DNA of 64,000 nucleotides from Styela clava (Eukaryota): NCBI RefSeq assembly GCF_964204865.1, contig NC_135251.1, positions 24,056,001 to 24,120,000 of the forward strand, read 5' to 3'. Shown piece by piece: positions 1 to 13,082 of this stretch (position 1 is its first letter; each line of letters starts with the position of its first letter). The notes under the pieces were generated by a model. It saw only the letters and a program-made list of their open reading frames with translations, ran no database searches and was not told where the DNA came from. The position numbers and the translations under genes were made by a program.

Positions 1-43
1 GTTCCGGTGTCCGCCATCTTGATTCACATACTTCGGGAATACT
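1..43. mobile_element. Right end of a Merlin-like MITE, cut by the window edge
   Basis: gtccgccatcttgattcacatacttcggga matches the right TIR of the elements at 17693-17928 and 57390-57574. Confidence 0.7.
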
Positions 44-84
44 AACCTTTCTCTCTCATCCCTTCCCCTAAAAAAACACTCATT

Positions 85-212
85 TCGCTAAACTCGGTTC
101 AAAAAATAAAAAAAAACTGCCGCTCACGAAACTCCAGCACGTACTGTCTATCTTTATTGTTACGTAACAATAGAGGCAGGTACTGCGTAACAGAAGGTAA
201 ACGACATAGAAA
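85..212. repeat. Dispersed repeat, second copy at about 61289-61415
   Basis: gctaaactcggttca...aaactgc.gctc.cgaaa...tagaggcag...gtaaacg.cata is shared by both loci. It contains the palindrome tattgttacgtaacaata. Confidence 0.6.
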
Positions 213-1688
213 GGTAAAATTAATTTATTGATTCATATACACAACAAGTGAATAAGAAACAATGAAAATTTTATAATAAATACAATGTAAAATATGCAAT
301 CGTATTTTAGTTATGTTTGCCTTATTCAGTTCATTTTCGCGGCGCACAACTTGGAGACCGCTGCGGTAGGAAAACTCAATTTTATAGAAAAACACCTTAC
401 ATTTTTCCAAAGTTGAATTTATATGCATTGTATTTTTAGAGAAAAATAATGATCGGGCCGTTTCACGAGCAAACGTAGGAAACATTGGAAAAACATTGCA
501 AAAAAAGATTGCCGAAGGTATAAGGTTTATATATATTGAAAACGGTTGGCAGGTCACTTCTCTTATGATAAGATAATCTAAAAATTTACTTTTCATTCCA
601 AACCGTTTTATTTACAGCTGAACATCAAATACTCAACGACTTTACAATGATAACTGATTATGAAAATTATTTTGTTGCTATTTTCTGTGGAGCAAGCACT
701 AAAGGTAATGGAGAGATTAACGTTTGAAATATGTAAAAGCACTGAACGCACTGCCAGATATGTGCTATATCCTATAACGGGCAATTCCGATAAAGGAAAG
801 TATTCGATTATGACTCTGAATAACATATTCAACTTATGAAATATCCATAATACCCAATGAATCACCACTTGATGCTATTACATATTGTGAGAATAACTGC
901 GAGGAAATCGCATTCCCTGACTCGGGTCCTTTAGCTTAAATTATTCAATACAAGTTTAAAAAAAACGGTTACGGATCGTCGGATTTCTTTTCTGCAGGAG
1001 ATATTGCATCAATCAAGTTAACTACAACGAATCCTACAGTTGATCAACTAGTGGATCTTTGGAATGTTCTTGACGATCACAATATAACAGGAAAATTATT
1101 CTACAAAAAGAAATGCCTGAAGGAGATGGAAAAGTAATTCATGAAGTTAAAAGATCATTTCAAATATATATACAGTATTTCAGCTATACCCTCTCTTGTC
1201 TTCGTGTCTAACAATATATAACCTGAAATATTAGACGGATTTACTATTTTCCATATGTACTCTTCATTAATTTCCATGAGTATGAATATTTTTCCCCAAA
1301 ACAAATCGCGGCTTCTCTTTATGGTTCAATTCGTTAAATATATCTCAAATAATTCAAATCTTTCAGTTTGTGGTCCATGGAAACGATTTTTTTTATTGTA
1401 GTCCTACATTTCATTTTCGTATGTCGAAAGATTCAGTAAGTCAATATAAGGGTACAAACGCACTTGTTGGCAATCTTCGCAAAAACTTTTCCCCTTTTAA
1501 TATTTGAAGTTGTTGGGAATGATTGCAGTGTTATAATAAGGACGCATTCCTTATTACTATGGGCGTAGAATGTGAATAATTCTAAACGAGCCTGTGATGG
1601 AACTTGAAGTAAAAGTTTGTATAACTAGAAGATCTATCCAAAACAACTAAACAAACGTATATATGAGTATATTTGCATTGCAGTAGTC

Positions 1689-2065
1689 CAGCGGTTCCCA
1701 AACTATGGGTCGCGACCACTGGTGGGTCGCAAGAGAAATCTTTAAAAGATGTAGAAAGCTTTGATCAATTATACTGGTTATTAGGATCGGTGGCAAAGCA
1801 AGTTTAAGAGCAAATTTCCAAATGAACTGCAACATTTCAATTTTTACGTCTAAAACTATCTGAAATTAAAATAAATGTCAAGTATATTATGGAAAATAGC
1901 AAGAAACAATCTCATCTTTCTCACTAGCTTCACTGAAAATTCAATTTGACAAATTAAATTTGTTTCCTCCACCAATGTTTTATTAATTTATTAAAGTTAA
2001 ATGGGTCGCCATGAGCTGTGGTAAAAAATAGTGGGTCCCAACTCTAAAAAGTTTGGGAACCACTG
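1689..2065. mobile_element. hAT-like non-autonomous element (MITE)
   Basis: TIRs cagcggttcccaaact / agtttgggaaccactg. Perfect 8-bp TSD CAGTAGTC at 1681-1688 and 2066-2073. Confidence 0.85.
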
Positions 2066-2590
2066 CAGTAGTCTATTGATTAAACACTTGTAAAATGATG
2101 AAACTGTCCGGTAGACTTCGCAAGGTTTGAGTAATCAGATGAAGTCGATGCCTTTGGAAAGTTTGAGTTGTCGACATTCATTACGATATTATCTAATCAT
2201 TTGATTTTGCATTTTTGAATCCGTTGCTGTGACGCCATCTGGGTTAATATGTATCTTCAGAGATATGAAAAACATTAACAACTTTTACTCATTTAATTTA
2301 TATATGAAATCAAAAGTTTTTAAAACCCGGAAATGATTCACAAAGGATTGAAAGATCAATAATGTACATGATAAAGTGATATTGAATGACATTTAAAGTC
2401 CAACTGCTACATTTCACAGTCATCTACCTCAAGCTTGCAACAATTAAACGAAACCAGACATAAAATACAATTTTTATTACACTTATATATACATTTCCCT
2501 GACTTCAAACTGTGATTCTGAATACGAGTTTTGAGCAAGTTCGTGTTTGGCGTCACAAAGATATGCCTGCGTAGGAACCATATCGATTGT

Positions 2591-5500
2591 CTATATATAC
2601 TGATCAACGACAACCTTATTCTTGCAGTCATCAGTACGGCAACGGAAACATGTTTCCATTTTTCTTTGACCTGAGTAAAAAATGATTTATGTCAGCATAG
2701 TAAAAAAAGGGTTTCTGCAACGAATTTCCTTAAAGTTGTATTTCATTTATCTTGTTATTTTGATAGATACGCCATAAAATGAATAAAAGCGAAAATATGT
2801 AAAATTCAGAATTATAATCAGGTCAATTTAAAGTTTTTGAAATAAGAGATAAAAATAACACTAAAGATACTTACGGACGTCCTTCTTCAGCTTTTTGACT
2901 TTAAGAAATGCTTTGCAGTTAAAAGCGTAATTGTCAGAATTCTTTTTCTTCTTGCAATATTCAAAACCTATCAACTTGTCGAAACATACTGCTGCTACTC
3001 CGCCCGCGGTAGTGGACTCATCTCCTGGCGTACTCCTTCCGGACTATAACGATATATATATAATGTAAGCTTTAAATGCAAATAACAACGCTGGTTTGGT
3101 CGAAATCTCTATTACCTAAATTGCATATGACATTCACTAACATCCCCATTTTGCCTTGAATCAGATTGAGCGCTAGCGACCCAAGTTTTTCTATAGTTAT
3201 TATTAATTTAGCATTATCGCTATAGATTACACTTTACTTGTAGTTCTGTCGCAGCTGGATCTGGGAATATATCCAAATCAAAATCTTCGGATTCTGTTTC
3301 GACATTTCCCAAATATCTTGATTCTTTGCCCAACCAGAAATCAGCTAGTTCACCGGCGTTGTATATGCAATAAGCCTGAATAAATTCATATGTTCTATTA
3401 TTCTCAGTCTAATTGTTTTTGAAGTGGGGTTTGTATCTGTCTTGCGTTATAAATCCCTATGTCCTCCGACAATCGAAGCAACTAATGACACCTCCCTTCA
3501 AAAAGTTTATTCCCCGCCGTTCAAATACGCGAGATACACCATTTGAAGGTTTGTTCAAATGATATCGAAGCATTGACAAGCGCTGATATTTGCGGAAATA
3601 TTTTAAAATATAACAATATTTGCGTACCAACCGATAATAATATATTTTTCACGTTGACGTTAAATCTACTCTAACTCAATATATATAATGGGACAAGTGC
3701 AACAAATATCAGACAAGGAAGACATGTGGAACAAGTCTGAGGCAAGAGAGACAATAAGTGTGGAATAAGTGGTATGGCCTTTGTGAGACACCGTTCAAAT
3801 ATTATTTTCAGGCTTTTTGGACGATTTAGCTAATTGGACGATTGTTCCCATCTACGTTTACGAAAATGTTAGGGTGTTTTAACCTCCCTAGTACTTTTGA
3901 TTTCAATTGAGTGTCTTTTAATCTACTGTGGTCATGAGGCAGACGCATTAGCAATATTTCGAAGCGGCGTCAAAAAAATACCGTCACTCCCTGGTACCAT
4001 ACTGCAATGGAATTAAGTCTTTTGGGCTAATAGTAGTTATATTCATGAACTCACAAAATTGGTGATTTCGCAGAGTTGAGCTTCCCACGCAACAAGTTGG
4101 CATGATTTCTCTGGCATAAATTTTCCGTTCTGACAATCGACTCGCGAACTTTTTTCTAATACGTAGTTTGGCTGGCATGCAACATAACATCTTTTGTAAA
4201 AGTCATTATTGATTCCGTCTCGACATTTTGTTTTTTCAAGGTCAGCTCGTGGCCCAAGCATGTTCCTATCACAGAAGTTTACAGCATTCCAGCCTACATT
4301 TGAAAAACAACACATATTTTCAAACTGCAAAACTATTTCCACAATAACATAAATTGCGTTTGTCAACTATTTAATAAAACTGAATATTTCATCGTATATT
4401 TTGATTTTTATAACGGTCCATAAAAACAAACAAATGAAATGCGCTACAATTTACAACAGGAAAATACCAGAGAACTCTGTTGTAGCCTATGTATACGCGA
4501 CCCTTAGCGACGTTGATTATAACTAATGCAACATACTTTGTAGGCATAACTTACTATTATAAGTAGCATTGAATCCTTTGAAATTATTGAATTCGTCGCT
4601 TAGGAATTGAACTATGACAAAATTTGTTTTTGATCGATATTTCATGGTTGCTCCTGTATTTGATCCAAAGAAATATTCACCATCTCCGTCGATGTCTTCT
4701 TCAAAAATCTAATTTGAAAATATAAACTAGGCGATAAATATTGTGCACATGATTTTGTTGTTTATAGCCAAACTTGAAAGATTAAACTTAGCCAAACTTA
4801 TTGAGAACGTTTAACAGATGCAATTGCCAGAAAACCGAGTCAAATTGCAGTAAAAATCGCAGAATATAATGTCATGTCAGTGTATCAACAAACCAATTTT
4901 ATCCTCGACAGCTTTGAAGCTGGCCTCCCTTACTGAGATGCCAGAATCGTAGATGTCCCTTCAAACAAAAGATATTAGAAAAGAGCCTTCCTATTAAAAC
5001 CCATTTAATTACAATAACCTATTTGCTTTGATCAATTGCAAGTGCACCATCCATTTACGTAATTAAAAAATTAAAGTATTATTATGCAACTTTTGTGATT
5101 AATGACCTAATGAACTGAGCAGTTTCAATTTCAGATTCTCAAGAAATCACGAAGTAATATAACGATTCGTATATCGTATTATAATATCGATTAGTTTCCA
5201 AACCATGTTTTCAAACACAAAAAATTTCTGACACGGGAGCGACTGAGAGCGAAAGAAAGTGAGAGGTATAAAGAGAGAAGGTGTCTATTCCAGAGACGCA
5301 CTAAAACTCAAATATTACAGCCTCACTTACCATAATGTAATCGGTCATTTCTCCGCCAGGCTCTCCAACTTGAAAATTGTCAAATTTGATTTCGACTATG
5401 TTACCAGCTTCAACCTCAATTACCCATTCACATAGCATATCTGCTGGATAATTAGCAGGGAACAACGGACTAGTGAAACGTCCCGATGGGGCTGTCATAA

Positions 5501-6158
5501 ATGATTCCCCGCAAATGTCCACTTCAAAATCGAATGGCGAAACATCCAAATTTGCTTCGATGAATGAATCTGAACATAAAAACAAATTAAAAAAAAAATA
5601 ATATAAAAATATTATCAATAGTATTATTCATAACAGTTACACTACATTTCAAGGGATCAGAATATTGGATCAATCATTTTGCGACGGTGACTCCTGGCAG
5701 TTTTGAGCGCAAATTAAATTCATAAATCGTTTTGCTAAAATGTTGTTATCGTCAGTGAACTTTGAGTTTATATTTGTAGTTGCCGGGATTTTGAGGATGT
5801 GGTGTAACTTATCACCAAGAAGCTTTTTGCCGGGTGATGTTGCTGTAATGAGGCCGTCGTGACAATATATTTGTGCAGTGGCGTTTGATTTTCTTTATCG
5901 TATCCGTGTGACAGATATTTTCGTGAATATTTAGTCAAATATTTATTAAATTTAGAAGATTTCGACACGTCCCAAATGAATATCGAACAACTTCCGTATA
6001 CATACTAACAACAAAAAGTCGAAACTAGAAAAAACAAAAAAGGCAGAATACCATATAGAGCCTGAAGCAACTGTATCCGTGATAAATATTAAATTACCTT
6101 GGGCGATCACGTGAGCACAAAAAATAGCTAAGATACATATCCATACATTCAACTCCAT
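2591..6158 (-). CDS. Paralogue A: secreted CUB + sushi/CCP-like + Cys-rich cationic C-terminal domain protein (about 359 aa, 7 exons)
   Basis: Exons 6158-6098, 5569-5331, 4708-4555, 4293-4055, 3375-3238, 3043-2875, 2670-2591, all GT-AG and in frame (1080 nt). Signal peptide MELNVWICILAIFCAHVIAQ. CUB motifs CG..SGRFTSPLFPANYP..CEWVI and SDEFNNFKGFNATY. Sushi-like CYVACQPNYVL...DCQNGKF. polyA signal near 2473-2478. Confidence 0.88.
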
Positions 6159-9100
6159 TTTGGTTAAATAAGTTTTGCTAATTTTACTATTTTACTGTTG
6201 TAAGCTGAAACGGCAACAATTACATTAGATTATTAGTAATATATATTTGAACCCACAATTAACGAACAAAAATGCATCCTTTCAATTGGAATGCAATAAA
6301 TTGAGGACTAATATTTTGAGGACTAATATTTGCCTTTTCTTTTCCAAAAAGAATTCAGAGACTAGTTTGTAACCATCGATAATTCTAACCAACAGCACTA
6401 CTGTGATCCATTTTGAATTTCAGACTACCTGCCATGCAAAATATCATAACGCTAAACCTTGCGCCCTATTATTCTGGATGAACGACTTCCTCACATTTCT
6501 GTTCAACGTAAGAAATCTGACCTATATACTAACGTGTTTTTAAAAAACTTGTCTAAACGTTCCTGCATTTATTTACTATTTGGGTCGAAATAGTAAACTC
6601 CTGGTAAGTATGTCACGGTATTCGAAATAAGCTGTTTCCGAAAATACTTCATGAAGGGCTTAGCTAAATATAAGCTTTATAAATGAGATTGCTCAAGGCG
6701 ACTTGTCTGCAACAACTAATGTCGACAATTTTTAATTTGATGATTTGCGATCGATCGAGATATCTCGTGTCAGTTAGTTTCTCGGGAGAATGCAATTATC
6801 TGGTTTCTTTTGAAGTAAATTTGGGTCATGACGTCACGAAAATTTTTGTCGGTAATTTCCACTTTTATAGTTTTCTAAAAAATTGATAAAAATGACCAAT
6901 TGGTGCAATTGTGAATCAACTGAAAGTAAGTAAAACTAACTGTAATTTTGTAGTATACGTGGTATTGCGATATGTTTTGTTGACACGGATAGTATACTTA
7001 TCGAGTCTCACCTACCTACAACTATGCATAAATTGGACGGAATTCGTAAATATACTAGTTAAAAGTATATTCGTATTTGACCGGAAACTGTGTCGGAACA
7101 ATTCAACATGGGATGCTTTCATATTAGCACAAAATGAAGCGGTTTTAATTGCTACTTCAGTAAGACTTCACGTTACCACCACACTTATTATAGAAATTGT
7201 AGAATTTCACACAAAAATTGACCACTTCGAGTTAACGTTCCTTATATTGCTAATTTTCTGTCGTTCTTATTGTTGACAAAATCGCTTTTATACATAAAAC
7301 TGGACTTATTCTGGACAATTTGACGCTTCCAAATTTTCAATAAATAATTTCTCAAAGAGCCGAATTATTTTTATATATTAAATATTATTATCGTATATAG
7401 GCTTGCATTGGTTTTGTTTTATCCTAAATATATATTATTTTAAACAACTTAGACTTAAGTGAAGATATTCTAATTATTCATTACGGCAAATTAGGGATCA
7501 AAGGGCATAAACACGTACGACCATCTACAGATAACCATTAATATCCCTCGTGTACTTATAGGAACATGACAAGTACTGCATATTCAAAAGGGGACAAATT
7601 GATGATGCAAATTAATAAGATATTACTGACCATCACTGTACGCCGTGTCCATGTATCTGTACATTGCTCATCGCTCTGAATGCATGATAAAATTGGTTTC
7701 CAACACTATTTTGATGTATACTTAACAACAAAAAAGTGAATAAAACAAAATGTATCAATAAAGTGAACCACTTGTCGTTTGTCACCTATCAGAACTGAGA
7801 TCCACGACACGTAATACGTACCATTTCATCATCGTCACCATAAGCGTCCGGGTGTGTTCTATGTAAGGCATATTTTGACACCAGCTAGCGACGTCGCAAA
7901 ACATTTCGTCCTCAACGTACGTCAGATGCTAAATTGAAATTAGCTCAAACAACGCACCTTATCACAACTTTTCTGATGCTTTTTGTTTTACTTTCACAAT
8001 AATGAGGTAATATGTTATATCATTGTTATTCTGTGTACCTCAGCACTTTTGAGTTCAGTTTCAAAGGTCATAACCTGGAACACTTGTTTCGCTTTCGAGT
8101 TACAAATCCATAAAAAACATCATTGCGCTGAGTTGTTATGTGTTCTGCAGTTCTGGCATCATTCTCTTTTCATATAGGCCTACGTTCGTGGTGCATTTTG
8201 TCGGGAATACGCTTTACAATATATTTTAATGATATTGTTCATGATGGTCAATTCAATTAATGCACATTGTGGCGCTTTTATTTAAATATTTGCCAAAATA
8301 TATGCGAATTCATTAGAATTTATAGGCCATGGTAGACCACGAAAAAAATGATATTCATAAAAAACATAGTAAACGAAAACAATTATATTACTGACAATGA
8401 TATTTCAGCTTATGATAGAATTCGGTTTAAAGATTCTTCTGATAAAACCACTTATAGTCAAATTGGGGTCAAGAAATAGGACAATGATATATATATACGT
8501 AATGGGATATTGCATTCGTGGTTACGAAGAGAATTTTTATGACATACGATATTTCAATCTAAAGCGACATCGTCTCGCTTATGCGTTATCTCACGAATAA
8601 CTTTTTTTTTTATATATATTCCTGTAGCAAAACCTTTTATACTATGCACACACAACACACAAAGTAAAATCAATAATTCATCATTTATTAATTATTCATT
8701 TACTTTAAAAATATAACTCATTCATTAATAAATTAGAATATTAATTATAGTAACTACCATTGCTAACTGATGTACACATAAGTTATTCAATATAGCGCCA
8801 ATAATATACAATAGATGATATAAAGACAATACACAAGAATATATAAGTCCAATCATGATTACAGAATTACAATGCAATCTAATAAAATAAAAGGAAAATA
8901 CCTTTAATGCCATTTCTGCTATCCTTCCTACTTACCGTAGAAACTATTGGGTGTGGAAGGCAAGGCATGGTCCCCGTATAACATGAGTTATCCAGTTTCT
9001 CCCATCTTGGGATTGTAATAAGACTTACAGAACCCACGGTTAAGCAAAGTGCTCACTATGAAGTATGTAAAAGTTGAAACCATACTATTTTTTTGTGTTT

Positions 9101-9238
9101 GTTTACGACGCATTACATTGTTTATTGAGGTAAGCAGAAAAAATAGTACATAGAAAGTTGCAACGATATATAACAGAATGGTTACTCCATTTTGTACGTT
9201 TTATTAGTCCTCCTTGTGAAAATCATCACCATAAGCTT

Positions 9239-12200
9239 TTATATGTAAACTGGAACAGAGCAATCGACTGCCCTACACTCAAAACACGCCTTCACTTTTC
9301 TTTTTGCTGAAAAATTACAAAATATTATTGATTTAATAATATTCATGCTTTAGAGCAGCAAAGACTGCCAGGATGCCACAAATTTTGCAATAGATGTTTA
9401 TTCATTTGCAGTATGCGTTTTAAATAACATGATATGAAACATTCACTGTTCACGGAATGAAGAGCTTGACATAGCGAGAAAAATATTAGAAGCTTGTTTT
9501 TACGTTTATCTACAAATTTAAATTGTGATGAGTAATGGTGAATAAGCGACCAAATTAGTGAGTCATCTAATGCTAGTTGAAATTGGCTTGATATTGATGG
9601 AAATGAGTTTATTATAATAAATATGAGTAGTTTTAACAAGTTGTTGTTGTTGTTGTTGCTTTTCTCAACAAGCAATAGGCAAATCGTTTCAGTACTTAAA
9701 AAGATGGTTGAAGGCGCTTGAATGTTATTACTTTTCCTTTTTATTTAATTTTCCATTGAGTCATATGTGACCCGATACAGTTTTATTTTGATTTATAGGA
9801 ATCTTTTTTCTGTATATATAGAAACACATTAACCCGTCTCGCATGTAGGTCATTTCAGAACACTCGATGCTCTAAAAAGCCTTACCGTACCGGTACCTAT
9901 TGGCGACATTAATGTCCATATATTTGAGCATTGCTTTCATGTAAATATTGTAAATAGTCAGTATCCCAGTACCAACCTGTTCTACCAACCTATCTTGCAT
10001 GATGTTACACGAGAGATATTTTTTCTGTTTTGTATTATTTTAAAAATATTGTGTATAATTAATATTACACACTCACCAACTTCTTCCTTCAATTTCTTTA
10101 TCTTCAGAAACGCTTTGCAGTTAAAAAGATAATCGGTATTCAATTTCCTCACACAATAACTGTACTTCAACAAATTGTCTTTACACGGCGTAGGTTTGTT
10201 TACGGCTGTACCACCATCTGGAACTCGTCCAGTCTATAAAACGAGGAAAAAAGAATGAAATTTTTGTCAAAAAAACATCCTTTCCTTCCTAATCAAGATA
10301 ACGAACTGTTTTCGTAAAAATGAGAACCTCAGCACAAAACTCATGGTCGGCCGGTTAGCCAGCGAGTCCTAACTATTTTGAAGCCATAACACGATGTTCA
10401 ACTTATGTGAAGAAATTTAGAATAACTATTTATAAACGTAAGATTTGTTACTCTTTCCCAAATATTATAGTTCTATGCGTATTGGTGGATGTTTATACAA
10501 AACAGGATTTTGCTGGAAATATTATTTGGAGGAATGAAATATTTCACACCAAGAGTTGTGTCGACAAGCTTGCTTAACTTGGGTCAATTCTTCTCCAAAG
10601 CCATGTTTGAATACAAAATATTAAAAAAAAACAATAAGTAGTAAATGTTCAATCATACATGAATGTCTACTCCCGTCGGATCTGGAAATATGTCCAAATT
10701 AATTTCCACGGGATCTGCTTCAACTCCTTGCAAATACCTTGATTCTTTTCTCAGCCAGAACTCAGTAAGTTCACCGGTGTTGTATAAACAGTAAGCCTAA
10801 AATTAATCATTCGAATAAAAATAAATTGCATTAATTAATTTAATTTAAATTAAAAAAAATTTATTTAACATATGAATGTAACTAATAGTTAGTAATTACT
10901 AGTTAGTAATAAGAAGATTTATTGAGGGTTCTAGTTAGCCTCAAATGTTAAACCACATGCCTTAACACAATATCTTTTGATTAAATTTGTTCGTTAGAAT
11001 ATTCAAATGATTATAGCTATGCACATTTTCGACGCCTTGTCTCAGTCTACGAGCAATACTTTTAAAATTTGATTATATAACTTACAAAATTTGTAATTTC
11101 ACAAAGTTCAACTTCCCAAGCAACAAGTTCACAAACGTTCTCAGGTATAAATTTCCCGTTTACGCAATCAACTTTTGAACTTTTCGACAGAATATAGTTG
11201 GGATTGCAAGAAACGTAACATCTCTTATAGAAATCATTTTTGTTCTCGTCTCTACACTTTGTTTTCTCCGTGTTAACGGTTTGCCCAAATCCAAGGGAAT
11301 ATTTGTCGCAATATTCAATAGCATTCCAACCTAAATATTTTTCAAAAAATCGCATTTTCAGATACTCAGATAAATTCATCCACGATATGGTTATCCGATA
11401 ATCTGATCTATTTTTTTTTACATCGAACTCGGTTGGTAAAGATATCATGACGTCATAATTCAGGCAACTATTCTACAACCAAACTTTGAGTAAGAATGCT
11501 TTTAAGTAAAAACTCGTTTTATATGGAAAAATTCAGTTGCAATTACAGATAAATAATTCCGTATTTCATAAGGATTCGAGTGCTTGGTCCTGGGTTATGT
11601 GTTCATTTTAAATCTAACACAAAATTCTTTTGGCTTGAAAAAAGAAGACTTCGGATCTAAGCCAATTTCAGATCGAGGGTGTTTGGTGACCCCCTTCATG
11701 GGATACTTGCAATAACAAACCAGCAAACATTTTAGAAAAAAGTTTTATAAGATGAGTTATTGGTGATCTTCTTTTATAGATACCATTTCATGTATAAATT
11801 AGTTTCACACAATTAACTAAAAACTGTGGGTCGTGGCAATATAAAGTTTGAGTGTGGAGGAATTTGTGAAAATGTTTACTATTTCATGGAGTATAAACAT
11901 ATTATACCGATCAAATAGACCTACTATCAAACGTTGCTTTGAATCCTCTGAAATTATCAATGTCATCGCTGAAAAACTGAACAACAACAAAATTCGATTT
12001 TGATCTATATACGGCGCCAGTTTGCTGACCATAAAAGTACTGTTCCTTAGCATCTTCGTTGCTCTCAAATATCTGTAGACATTGATGTGAAAATATTGTT
12101 AAAGTTTCGTCCAGTCACTCTAGTGCAACGACGGTTTATGAAACATATTTGGTGACGAAATTTGCGCAACAATAAAAAATGAAATAAGGTTTGAAAACTA

Positions 12201-13082
12201 ATATTCTAAATTTGTTCAAGTATTCTGTTGCCCAAAATATGTCTTAACATGCTTATTTTTTGAGTTTAAAAGATGAGAAACTGTGAAAAAAATTGAAAGT
12301 ACCGATAAAAGTATTTCAGATTCAATTCTAGTAAAACGAACAACTTTAAGCGAGATTATGAATATAGTTTAAAAAGTTTCAATTTGAACCGCAGTGGATT
12401 TTTTATTTCCAAGAATATGATCATTACAATTTTGCTCAAAGGAAAATAAAATCATATAAAAGTTAAAATCAAGGTGTAGAAAAGTCAAAAAGCGTGACGC
12501 CAAGTTGGAGGCGAACTAAAGAAGCAATTTTGAACTGCTCAAAAGATAATTATAATGATCATTTACGAAATAAAATATTACCATGACGTAATCATTTATA
12601 TCTTCTCCAGAAATCCCGACGTTAAAATCATCAAATTTGATTTGAATTACATGGCCAACTTCCACTTCTATCACCCATTCACAAATTGTATTATTTGGAT
12701 AATCATTAGGATAAAACGGTGAAGTAAATTGTCCTGATACTCTGTCTAAAAACATTCCTCCACAACTACTCGAATCCACGAATACGTCATCTGGGTCCAC
12801 CGTCAGAGATGGAGGAATAAAGTCTCCAAAATTTGCTTCAATAAGGTCAAAAGTGTCTGGAAGACAATTAAAAATTCCATAAAAATGTTTTACTGTTTAA
12901 ATTAGTTTTACTCGTTTTTAGATTTTACGTTGAAATAACAAAACATATGAAATATCTGATATTATTATTGATTAGATTTGATCATTTTTTGCTTAATCAT
13001 TCTTTCGTAGTTTTTTTCACTCACCTTCCGCTGAGGCGTAGAGCCGGGAAAGTAAACAGATATAAATCCATATATTTTTCAT
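9239..13082 (-). CDS. Paralogue B: secreted CUB + sushi-like + Cys-rich cationic domain protein (about 362 aa, 7 exons)
   Basis: Exons 13082-13025, 12856-12582, 12072-11925, 11330-11086, 10796-10659, 10233-10077, 9306-9239, all GT-AG with the same phases as A (1089 nt). Ends AKRKVKACFECRAVDCSVPVYI*. Confidence 0.88.

Noticed and set aside
618-1137. Plus-strand stretches with coding-like translation (AEHQILNDF..., ...TVDQLVDLWNVLDDHNITG...)
   Set aside because: Interrupted by stops, no recognisable family, and no consistent exon chain.
7620-7860. Possible minus-strand mini-exons (THPDAYGDDDEM / SDEQCTDTW...)
   Set aside because: Splice-like sites exist, but there is no start exon, homology or paralogue support.
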